Assembly: GCA_964504985.1 (NCBI GenBank)
Contig: CAZDFU010000002.1
Span: 11,782-75,781 of the forward strand
Length of the DNA stretch: 64,000 nt
Direction: 5' to 3'
Origin: an uncultured Gammaproteobacteria bacterium
GTDB taxonomy: Bacteria > Patescibacteriota > Microgenomatia > Daviesbacterales > UBA10151
In this document: one piece after another, positions 28,062 through 37,037 of the stretch
How the letters are laid out: every line of letters begins with the position of its first letter
How positions within the stretch are numbered: position 1 is the first letter of the stretch
Notes under the pieces: model-generated
Told to the model about the DNA's origin: nothing
Databases searched by the model: none
The model's input: the letters and a program-made list of their open reading frames with translations, nothing else
Position numbers and translations under genes: made by a program

Positions 28062-29858
28062 TTAGTTTAACACAATTTCTGCTCTAATTCGACGTATGCC
28101 AGCTGAAACAGCTTCTTCTTTTGTTATCTTTATACCACCAATTATACCTGTATGTCCAACATGCGGTCCCCCGCAAAATTCTAAGGAATAATATCCTCCC
28201 CGTACTCTTGTATCCTTGGCATTTTTTTTCAATTCAAAATTTGGGCCCACTCCATAAACCGAAACTTTCAGAGCATATTTTTCATTAAATAAACCAATTG
28301 CATTCATGCTTTTAGCTTTTTCTAAATCTACTATCATATGATCAACTTTTAGATCTTCTTTTATCCTTTTATTGATAATCTCTTCAGTTTTTTTTATTTC
28401 TTCATCAGTCATTTTCCGCTCATATGAAAAATCAAATCTTAGTCTTTCAGATGTTATGTTAGAACCTTTTTGGAAAACCTGTGCTCCTAAAACATCCCTT
28501 AAGGCCTGATGCAATAAATGGGTAGCTGTATGGTATTTAATTACTATGTCAGAATGATCTGCCAAACCGCCTTTAAACATTCCTGATGAGGCTGCCCTGG
28601 AAAGTTCCCTGTGTTTTTCAAACTCTGCCTTAAATTGTTCTCTGCTAATATCTTGGCCCTTTTGTCTAAGGAGCTCTTCAGTAACCTCATATGGAAATCC
28701 AAAGGTCTGATATAAATCAAAAGCTATTTTGCCATCAATTTTTTCTATTTTTTCAATTTCTTTTAACCCTTTTTTTAAGGTTTGCTTAAACCTTTTCATC
28801 TCCTCTTCTACAACCACTCTTATCCCATCCCGGTCATCTGTTTGAAAATAATCAGTTTCCCCATATATACCGATAACTGGGTCAACAAGTTCCGGTAAAA
28901 CTTCAGGGGATCCGCCTATTTGATGTAACTTTACAGCAGCTCTTCTCAGCAGTCTTCTTAGAATATAACCCTGTAATTTATTAGATGGCATTGCTCCATC
29001 TTTGATTAAGAATGTGGCTGCTTTAATATGATCTACAATAATTCTGAATGAAACCTTATTGTCTTGATAAGATTTACTTGTTTGCTCTTCCAGTCTTTCA
29101 ATTATTGGTAAAAATAAATCTGTTTGATAATCATCATTTAATCCACCTAAAACAGAAACAGTTCTCTCAAGCCCCATTCCTGTATCAACATTTTGTTGTT
29201 TTAATTTTTCAAAACTACCATCTTCTTTTTTAAAAAACTGCATAAAAACATTATTCCAAATTTCAACCCAACTAGAATCGTCCGGATCAAAGCTATCCGG
29301 AGGATTCCCTGCAGATGCCCAGTAAAACATTTCTGTATCAGGACCACACGGACCAGTCTTTCCAGCTGGCCCCCACCAATTATTTTTTTTGGGAAGTTTA
29401 ACTATTCTCCCAGAAGCTATTCCTAATTTAAGCCAGGTATCATAAGACTCACTATCAAAAGGAGCATCACTGTCACCAGCAAATACAGAAATTGCCAGCT
29501 TTTCTTTTGGAATATTTAACCATTTAGAAGAGGTCAAAAATTCATAACTCCAGCTTATTGCTTCTTTTTTAAAATAATCACCTAAACTCCAATTACCAAG
29601 CATTTCAAAAAAGGTATGATGAACTTCATCCCCAACCTCATCAATATCATCTGTACGTAAACATTTTTGAACATCAACTAATCTTTTCCCTTCAGGGTAA
29701 GTTCCGCCTAAAAGATACGGTATTAAAGGCTGCATTCCTGCTGTTATAAAAAGGGTTGTTGGATCATTTTCAGGAATTAAAGGAGCTGAGGGAATTTCCT
29801 TGTGGTTTTTTTCAATAAAAAACTTTATATATTTTTCTCTGATTATTTTAGAATCCAT
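28062..29858 (-). CDS. alaS: Alanine--tRNA ligase, short form (catalytic, tRNA-recognition and editing domains; no C-Ala domain)
   Basis: KFFIEKNHKEIPSAPLIPENDPTTLFITAGMQP; editing-site HxxxH...CGGPHV present; 598 aa versus ~870 typical. Confidence 0.9.
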   Translation of the reverse strand: MDSKIIREKYIKFFIEKNHKEIPSAPLIPENDPTTLFITAGMQPLIPYLLGGTYPEGKRLVDVQKCLRTDDIDEVGDEVHHTFFEMLGNWSLGDYFKKEAISWSYEFLTSSKWLNIPKEKLAISVFAGDSDAPFDSESYDTWLKLGIASGRIVKLPKKNNWWGPAGKTGPCGPDTEMFYWASAGNPPDSFDPDDSSWVEIWNNVFMQFFKKEDGSFEKLKQQNVDTGMGLERTVSVLGGLNDDYQTDLFLPIIERLEEQTSKSYQDNKVSFRIIVDHIKAATFLIKDGAMPSNKLQGYILRRLLRRAAVKLHQIGGSPEVLPELVDPVIGIYGETDYFQTDDRDGIRVVVEEEMKRFKQTLKKGLKEIEKIEKIDGKIAFDLYQTFGFPYEVTEELLRQKGQDISREQFKAEFEKHRELSRAASSGMFKGGLADHSDIVIKYHTATHLLHQALRDVLGAQVFQKGSNITSERLRFDFSYERKMTDEEIKKTEEIINKRIKEDLKVDHMIVDLEKAKSMNAIGLFNEKYALKVSVYGVGPNFELKKNAKDTRVRGGYYSLEFCGGPHVGHTGIIGGIKITKEEAVSAGIRRIRAEIVLN

Positions 29859-29987
29859 GAAGGTATTATAGCCTAAAGGACCTTTTTGTAGAATCTTTTT
29901 GTTTTTAGTTTTGGAGATTCAAAAATCCGCAGCAAGAAATTCGCTGGGAAGACATAAATTCATGCACAAGGCACAGGTAATTTCTTG

Positions 29988-30632
29988 TTACTTGTCACTT
30001 TTTAAAAACACCGTTCTTTCTATTTTTGTCTGCTTGCCACCTTTTGAACTAGCTATTATTACAATTTTACTGACATTTTCTGAGATTTTAATTTGTTGAG
30101 AGAACTTTCCATCTTCTTCAACACCTATCTCCTGGTCATTAATACTAACCTTTGCCTCCGGATCAGTTTTCCCTGAGATAATAATTTCATTGGAAGTTGC
30201 ATTAAATTGATCAACTGGTTGATCTACTTCTAAAAGCGGGGATCCCACCAAAGATCTGTATTGAAACCAAAGATAGACAAAAAAAATTATTACCAGGGCA
30301 ATAACCACACTCACTAAAACATTAGTGGGAGTTATCCGAAACCTTTTTTTATCCATAGGGTTACTAAAAGATTCTAAAACCCTTGGAGGATTCTTATTCT
30401 CGGAAAATTCCCTTCTAAAAATTGCCAAAAGTTTCTCTGTATTTAACCCTAAAAATTTCCCATAGTTTTTAATAAAACCCTGAATAAAAGTAGTTGGGGG
30501 GAGTTTTTGATACTGGCCTTGCTCTAAGGCTTCCAGCAATTCCTTTCTGATTTTGGTGGCTTTTTCTATCTCATCAAGAGTATAAAACTTTTTTTCCCTC
30601 TCTTGTTTTAGAACATCACCCACAGTTCTCAT
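29988..30632 (-). CDS. rodZ: Cytoskeleton protein RodZ (HTH plus TM)
   Basis: Xre-type HTH DVLKQEREKKFYTLDEIEKATKIRKELLEALE...FIQGFIKNYGKFLGL, then a TM helix. Confidence 0.75.
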   Translation of the reverse strand: MRTVGDVLKQEREKKFYTLDEIEKATKIRKELLEALEQGQYQKLPPTTFIQGFIKNYGKFLGLNTEKLLAIFRREFSENKNPPRVLESFSNPMDKKRFRITPTNVLVSVVIALVIIFFVYLWFQYRSLVGSPLLEVDQPVDQFNATSNEIIISGKTDPEAKVSINDQEIGVEEDGKFSQQIKISENVSKIVIIASSKGGKQTKIERTVFLKSDK

Positions 30633-30636
30633 ACTT

Positions 30637-31443
30637 TCAATGGGTATTATATATACTCTCAACCAAAGTTACCAATCCGTTGTTTGAAACATCCGGAATT
30701 ACTAAATCTGCAATTTTCTTGAGCTCCTTTGGAGCATTTTCCATAGCAACTTTATAACCACAAACAGATAGCAAAGGATAGTCATTATACCCATCCCCCA
30801 CCCCTATCATATTTTCAGGGTGAATTTTAAGTATTTTAGATAATTCTAAAACCGCTAAGTGTTTGGTGGCTTTTTGGGAAGTAATATCCAATACTGTAGC
30901 AGTGCCGATACCGCTTCTAATAAAATGAAGGTCTTTATATAACTTTGTCAGCCTTTTTTCTAAGATTTTTGGGGCATCAATTTTAGTAATTTCTGATAAA
31001 ACTAATTTTGCAACTTTGTGATAATTTAATTCTTTTAAATCTTTAAAATTTATTCCTGGACCATAACCTAATGCTTTATGCCCGGCATTTTTTATGTAAA
31101 CTGCTCCTTCGCTTTCAACTGAAAAATCATAAATTTTCTCTAAAAAATAGTTGATTATTTTTTTTGCAGTACCGGCTGGAAAATGTTCATACCAAAGCAC
31201 CTTCTCAAATTGAGGATCAATTATTTCTGCCCCTCCTGAAACAATTTGAGGGGATAATAAATTTAAATCCTTACATATTTTTTTAACAATCCCCTTAAAG
31301 GGTCTGCCTGTAGCAAGGGAGATAATAATCCCTTTTTTTTCTAAATTAGATACTGCATCTTTTACCTCAGGTGTGATATAAAAATTAGCATCTACTAATG
31401 TCCCATCAAAATCCAAAATTAAAGCCTTAAACTTTTTACCCAT
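30637..31443 (-). CDS. HAD-superfamily hydrolase, Cof-like (subfamily IIB)
   Basis: LILDFDGTLVD motif I; GDGYND motif. Confidence 0.75.
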   Translation of the reverse strand: MGKKFKALILDFDGTLVDANFYITPEVKDAVSNLEKKGIIISLATGRPFKGIVKKICKDLNLLSPQIVSGGAEIIDPQFEKVLWYEHFPAGTAKKIINYFLEKIYDFSVESEGAVYIKNAGHKALGYGPGINFKDLKELNYHKVAKLVLSEITKIDAPKILEKRLTKLYKDLHFIRSGIGTATVLDITSQKATKHLAVLELSKILKIHPENMIGVGDGYNDYPLLSVCGYKVAMENAPKELKKIADLVIPDVSNNGLVTLVESIYNTH

Positions 31444-31456
31444 AATAAAATTCCTC

Positions 31457-32044
31457 TTATCTAACTTTGAATATCCCCTTTCTTAATATTTTGTATGATC
31501 CCTCACCATTTAACTGGATAATGGTAGAGGGCTCAGATTTTATTACTCCTTTGTCAATATAAAAATCCACATTATCCTCAAAATATTTTTTTGCCTCATC
31601 TATATCTTCAGCATACTTTCCCCCCTCAAAGTTTGCGGATGGCGCTACCAACGGTCCTGTTTCTTTTAAAACCGTTAAAAGCTCTTTATCCTTAGGCATT
31701 CTAAAAGCCAAATTATTTTGTCCTCTGTGAAGATATTTTAATTTATCAGATAATACAGGCAAAACCACAGAAACCGGGTTAGGCCACAGTTTCTTTAAAA
31801 ATTTTTTCTGGGCAATAGTCAGCGCAATATTAAAATTATTCAGATCATTTAACGAAGAAATTAAAATAATAAACGGTTTATTTTCCGATCTTTCCCTTAA
31901 TTTGTAAATTCTTTCTACAGTTTCCGGTTTTAGCGCAGAACCAACAATTCCATATATAGTATCAGTTGGCATTACTCCAACTGCATTGTTTTTAAGTAAT
32001 TCAATAATTTTATCTGCTTGCATATTTAAATATTGAGCTTTCAT
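31457..32044 (-). CDS. tsaC: L-threonylcarbamoyladenylate synthase (YrdC/Sua5 family)
   Basis: GVMPTDTIYGIVGSAL; ...VAPSAN... segment typical of YrdC. Confidence 0.8.
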   Translation of the reverse strand: MKAQYLNMQADKIIELLKNNAVGVMPTDTIYGIVGSALKPETVERIYKLRERSENKPFIILISSLNDLNNFNIALTIAQKKFLKKLWPNPVSVVLPVLSDKLKYLHRGQNNLAFRMPKDKELLTVLKETGPLVAPSANFEGGKYAEDIDEAKKYFEDNVDFYIDKGVIKSEPSTIIQLNGEGSYKILRKGIFKVR

Positions 32045-32058
32045 AACGGAAAGGGTTA

Positions 32059-34155
32059 TCAGCTTGCTGGGGTTACAGCACTTTGGGCAAAATATTCATC
32101 TGGATTTTTTACTAAAACATCCCTTGGCTTTGATCCTTCACCTGTTCCTACAATACCAGCCTCTTCCAACTCATCCAAAATCCTGGCTGCTCTGGCATAC
32201 CCTACTTTAAGCCTTCTCTGCAATAAAGATGCCGAAGCCCTGTCATATTGACAAACAGTTCTGACTGCTTCTTCAAAAAGATCATCCCTATCCCCGCTAT
32301 CGCCTTTTCCCCCTACCCTTCCCAACGGCATCTCTGTTACCTCAGCAGTATATTGTGGTGCAATACCAGTTGCCTTAAGATATTTTATTAAATTATTAAT
32401 TTCAGTATCCTGCAAAAATACTCCTTGTATACGTAACGGTTTTGAAGCATCAGGAGGCAAAAACAACATATCTCCTCTTCCCAAAAGTTTCTCAGCTCCT
32501 GGTCCATCTAAAATTACCCTTGAATCAACCATAGAGGAAACGTTAAAAGCAATCCTGCAGGGAATATTGGCCTTAATAAGACCTGTGATAACATCCACTG
32601 ACGGCCTTTGTGTAGCCACAACTAAATGAATTCCTGTTGCCCTGGCCAATTGAGCAATTCTGGTAATGGCATCCTCAATTTCAACTGGTGCAAACATCAT
32701 CAAATCTGCCAACTCATCAATAACAATTACAATATAGGGCAAAGCCTGAAAACCAGACATTTCATTAAACCCGACAATATTTCTTACCCCTGCTGATTGA
32801 AATAACTTATATCTCCTATCCATTTCTGCCATTGCCCATTTTAGGGATGAGAGGATTTTTTCCGGCTCAGTAATAACTGGAGTTAACAGATGGGGGATAC
32901 CGTTATAATTTGTTAACTCCACTCTTTTTGGATCAATCAAGATTAATTTTAATTCATCTGGTGAGTTTCTAAATAGAAGAGAGGTAATAATAGCATTTAA
33001 CATGATTGATTTTCCAGAACCTGTTGTTCCGGCAATCAGAACATGGGGCATTCTGTCTAAATCTACAACAATGGGTTTGGAAGAGGTGTCTCTGCCTAAA
33101 GTCACAGCCAGTTTTGATTTATGTTTAGCCATATCCTCTGAGGCTAAAATATGTTTTAAGCCGACTATTTCCAGGGAACGGTTAGGCACCTCAATCCCCA
33201 CTAAAGATTTTCCAGGAATGGGAGCTTCAATTCTTACTGTACCTGTAGGCGTGGCTAAAGCCAAGGCCAAATCATGTTGTAAATTGGCAATCTTTGATAT
33301 TTTCGTGCCTGCTGATATTTCTAAAGCATATTGAGTGACTGCAGGACCGCCATTAACCTCGGCAACCCTGGCTTGTATTCCAAATGAGTCCAAAGTCTTT
33401 TCGATAATTGACGCACTCTTTTTAACATCCCCCCTGTCTGCTGGGTGGCCGACTTTATCAGAAAGCAGTGAAAGTGTGGGATATTTCCAAACTTTTGACT
33501 GCCCCGCTACATTTTGCACCAGCGCATCAGCAATAACCGGCTCTTTATCTTTAACTGGACTAATCGGCGCTGGGGTAACAGAAACTTTTATTGGAATGTG
33601 CTTTGCCTCAAAGGTCTTTGGTTTATTAAATATTGGTTGCCAAATTTTATCCTTTAACACTACAAATAATTTAAATATCCAAATGAATATTTGGAAAATT
33701 TGACCCAGTGAGGTATTAAAAAGAACTACCAAACCAACCAAAGAGAGAAGTATAAGTAAAGCAACAGCACCGAAGACGCTGACAAAAGAAGAAAGTTCTG
33801 TCCATAACATTTGTCCTATTGAACCTGCTTTTTCAGGCGTTATTGAGGCAGTTAAACCAACAAGCGCCAGTATTACTAAGATAAAACCAAGCAAAACATT
33901 AGTTTGCGCAAACCGCCATTTAGACTTTGTTAACACTAAACCTGACAACAGGAATACTATTGGGGAGGCAATACTAACCCATCCCAATAAATTCTTTAAA
34001 AAATCTTTCCAAAACAGTAAAGGATTAGAATTAGTAAATAACGCAGCTGCTGAGACAACACCCAAAATAAAAGCAATAAGCGATCCAATGGCAGTAATTG
34101 TTTTATGTCTTAATTTGAGTTTTGGTAGTTTGTAAATAGATCTTCTACGGGACAT
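32059..34155 (-). CDS. ftsK: DNA translocase FtsK/SpoIIIE
   Basis: N-terminal TM helices; Walker A GTTGSGKS; gamma domain at the C-terminus. Confidence 0.9.
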   Translation of the reverse strand: MSRRRSIYKLPKLKLRHKTITAIGSLIAFILGVVSAAALFTNSNPLLFWKDFLKNLLGWVSIASPIVFLLSGLVLTKSKWRFAQTNVLLGFILVILALVGLTASITPEKAGSIGQMLWTELSSFVSVFGAVALLILLSLVGLVVLFNTSLGQIFQIFIWIFKLFVVLKDKIWQPIFNKPKTFEAKHIPIKVSVTPAPISPVKDKEPVIADALVQNVAGQSKVWKYPTLSLLSDKVGHPADRGDVKKSASIIEKTLDSFGIQARVAEVNGGPAVTQYALEISAGTKISKIANLQHDLALALATPTGTVRIEAPIPGKSLVGIEVPNRSLEIVGLKHILASEDMAKHKSKLAVTLGRDTSSKPIVVDLDRMPHVLIAGTTGSGKSIMLNAIITSLLFRNSPDELKLILIDPKRVELTNYNGIPHLLTPVITEPEKILSSLKWAMAEMDRRYKLFQSAGVRNIVGFNEMSGFQALPYIVIVIDELADLMMFAPVEIEDAITRIAQLARATGIHLVVATQRPSVDVITGLIKANIPCRIAFNVSSMVDSRVILDGPGAEKLLGRGDMLFLPPDASKPLRIQGVFLQDTEINNLIKYLKATGIAPQYTAEVTEMPLGRVGGKGDSGDRDDLFEEAVRTVCQYDRASASLLQRRLKVGYARAARILDELEEAGIVGTGEGSKPRDVLVKNPDEYFAQSAVTPAS

Positions 34156-34182
34156 ATAAGTATTATATCATAATACTATAGG

Positions 34183-35880
34183 TTATACTTCAACTATAAC
34201 TGGGAGTATCAGAGGCCTCCTTTCAGTTGCATCATAGAAAAATTTTTCCAGTGCATCTTCAATTGTTTTTCTGACAAATCTCCAGTCTGGAGATTTATGA
34301 GCATGGCTTTCTAAAGAAGATCTGACAACTTCTTTTGCTGTATCAAGTATTTCTTTGGCCATATCCTCAAATACAAACCCTCTTGAGATAATATCAACTT
34401 CAGAAGACAGCTTTCCAGTATGTTGATCAACTGAAACCACCACAACTACAACCCCTTCTTCACTCATTTTTTGTCTGTCCCGCAAAATTACATGTCCAAC
34501 ATCACCTATACCCAACCCATCAACATACACGTTTTGTACATCCACCCTGCCAGACAGCTTAATATCATCCTTGCTTATCTGCAGGATATCTCCGTTTTCT
34601 ATCTCATCCAGCACTTTACGTTTTTCAAAACCTAAATCTTGTACCATTTTAGAAAATGCCCTCACATGCTTGAAAGTTCCGCCAATTGGAAAGACAAATT
34701 TTGGTTTGGCCAAATTCACCATTAACCTCAGTTCCTCTAAAGCTCCATGTCCTGAAACATGCAAATCATCATTCACAGCAGAATAATAAACAGTAACACC
34801 AAGCCTTGATAGAGCATCTATTAAAGCATTCTGGGCAGATTCCGTTGAAGGAATGGGGTCTGCGGAAAAGATGACACTATCTCCCATCTTTAATTTAACC
34901 TGTTTATGGCTTTCGTTAGCAACCCTTGCTAAAGAAGAACTTGGCTGACCTTGCGATCCGGCGATTAAAACTAAAACTTTTTGCGGTGCAAAGGAACTGA
35001 TAGCATCAGGAGCGATTACTATTCCATGAGGGATATGTAAATAGCCTAAGTCACGGGCTACTTGAAAATTATTTTCAAATGAACGTCCCACAATTGCTAT
35101 TTTCCTGCCAATTCGCTGCGCCACATTTATAGCCTGCTGCATTCTGGAAACATTAGATGAGGTCATAGTTATGAGCATTTTTCCCGCAGTCTCAAGAGCA
35201 GCTTTTTCAAACGTAGTCTCTATAGATTTTTCAGATTTATTAAATCCCGGCTTTTCCACTCTTAAACAATCAATCAACATAAGGAGTACTCCTTCTGCTC
35301 CAAGAGAGGCAACTGCTCCCACATCTGTTACTTGTCCTGAAACAGGAGTCCAATCAATCTTAAAGTCTGCCTGATGGATAATTGTACCAACAGGAGTCCT
35401 TATAACTATCCCCATTGAATCAGGTACAGAATGAGAGACTTGATAAAAAGATACCTTAAATACTCCAAGGTCTAATTTTTGATCAATTTTAACCTCAATA
35501 ATTTTATTTTTTTCTAAATTATGTTCGGTAAATTTATTTCTAATAAACCCTGCTGTTAATTTCTGAGTATAAATTGGCACCTGCAGTTCGGGCCACAAAT
35601 AAGGAAGACTGCCGATATGATCTTCATGCCCATGAGTGATTAATATTCCCCGTATTTTGTCTTTTTTATCCCTTAAGTAGGACATATCCGGGATTACCAA
35701 ATCCACCCCTGGCATCAACTCATCCGGGAAACCCACCCCGCAATCTACAATGATAATATCATCACCATATTCATACACATACATATTTTTGGTAACATCA
35801 CCGACACCTCCAAGAGGGATTAACTTCAAAGGCTGGTTGTTATTTAGACTAAGCGTTGGTTTAAACTGTTTTGTTTCCAT
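34183..35880 (-). CDS. rnj: Ribonuclease J (metallo-beta-lactamase / beta-CASP)
   Basis: ITHGHEDHIG motif; 565 aa. Confidence 0.9.
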   Translation of the reverse strand: METKQFKPTLSLNNNQPLKLIPLGGVGDVTKNMYVYEYGDDIIIVDCGVGFPDELMPGVDLVIPDMSYLRDKKDKIRGILITHGHEDHIGSLPYLWPELQVPIYTQKLTAGFIRNKFTEHNLEKNKIIEVKIDQKLDLGVFKVSFYQVSHSVPDSMGIVIRTPVGTIIHQADFKIDWTPVSGQVTDVGAVASLGAEGVLLMLIDCLRVEKPGFNKSEKSIETTFEKAALETAGKMLITMTSSNVSRMQQAINVAQRIGRKIAIVGRSFENNFQVARDLGYLHIPHGIVIAPDAISSFAPQKVLVLIAGSQGQPSSSLARVANESHKQVKLKMGDSVIFSADPIPSTESAQNALIDALSRLGVTVYYSAVNDDLHVSGHGALEELRLMVNLAKPKFVFPIGGTFKHVRAFSKMVQDLGFEKRKVLDEIENGDILQISKDDIKLSGRVDVQNVYVDGLGIGDVGHVILRDRQKMSEEGVVVVVVSVDQHTGKLSSEVDIISRGFVFEDMAKEILDTAKEVVRSSLESHAHKSPDWRFVRKTIEDALEKFFYDATERRPLILPVIVEV

Positions 35881-35942
35881 GTATTATTAAATTTTCAAGC
35901 CTTTCAGCAAATAGTCCCGGTCTATTTTCATTCAATTTAAGA

Positions 35943-36983
35943 TTATCCTGATAAGTATTCCCCAAGATTATCCTGAGAAATTTTAAATGGTCCAATTTCC
36001 CCTTCAACTACTTTTCTGGCAACTTTACGGCATAGTGTTTGTAAAGCACGGGATAATGACCTGATCCCACCATCATAACCCAAAGGCCTGATAATATGGG
36101 GCCAGATAGCTTCATCTATTTCCAGCAACCCAGCCTCCACTCCTGCCTCTTCCAAAGCTTTTGGCAAGAGATAATCTCTTCCTATTTTAATCTTCTCCCC
36201 ATCAGAGTAAGAAGGCATCTGGATTGGTTCTAACCTGTCCATTACTGCTGTTGCTATATTGCCCGTGTTATTGGCAGTTGCTATAAATAAAACCTGTGAT
36301 AAATCATAAGGAAAATCCAGGTAATGATCTACAAAATTCTGATTTTGCGCAGGGTCTAAAAGCTCAACCAATACTCCCATAATATCAACTCTTGTCTCTG
36401 CTGCCACCCTGTCTATTTCATCCAGAAGTATCACCGGGTTTGATACTTGCACCGCTTTTATTGCTTTTATAATTTGACCAGGTTCACTTTCTTCCCTGAT
36501 ATGAGATTGTCCTCTTAAAACCGCTGTATCACCCAGGCCTCCAAAAGGAATTCTAATTATTGGTCTACCTAAAGCCTCTGCAATTGAATAAGCAAGCGAG
36601 GTTTTGCCAGTACCAACCAAACCCACAAACAATAAAATTGGGGCATGCCCTGCTGTCTTCCCGTCTGCAAAAGAGGCAGAGTTATTTCTTTTCTTCAGTA
36701 TCAGAACTGCCAAATACTCTAAAATCCTATCTTTAACTGCTTGTAACCCAAAATGGTTTTTATCCAAAATCTCTTTAGCCCGGTTTATATCTAAAATATC
36801 TTGAGAGAATTTCCCAAAGGGCAGGGAAGTCACAAAGTCTATATAAGCAGAAAACACCCCAAACTCCGAAACCGAAACCTTAAATCTTAATAAATTATTA
36901 AGTTTCTCGGAAATTTCTTGGGGTAACTTAGCCCGGGTAATTTTTGCTTTTAACTCTAAGGTAGTATCTTGGGCAGAATCCAT
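35943..36983 (-). CDS. Lon-like AAA+ ATPase module lacking both the LON N-domain and the S16 protease domain
   Basis: HFGLQAVKDRILEYLAV (Lon linker); Walker A GLVGTGKTS; Walker B ILLDEID; ends right after the AAA+ alpha-subdomain (...NLGEYLSG); no protease domain in flanking DNA. Confidence 0.7.
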   Translation of the reverse strand: MDSAQDTTLELKAKITRAKLPQEISEKLNNLLRFKVSVSEFGVFSAYIDFVTSLPFGKFSQDILDINRAKEILDKNHFGLQAVKDRILEYLAVLILKKRNNSASFADGKTAGHAPILLFVGLVGTGKTSLAYSIAEALGRPIIRIPFGGLGDTAVLRGQSHIREESEPGQIIKAIKAVQVSNPVILLDEIDRVAAETRVDIMGVLVELLDPAQNQNFVDHYLDFPYDLSQVLFIATANNTGNIATAVMDRLEPIQMPSYSDGEKIKIGRDYLLPKALEEAGVEAGLLEIDEAIWPHIIRPLGYDGGIRSLSRALQTLCRKVARKVVEGEIGPFKISQDNLGEYLSG

Positions 36984-37037
36984 ATGTCATTAATTTTACC
37001 TTAAACTCACAACTTTCCCAACTATCTTGTAGCAAGT

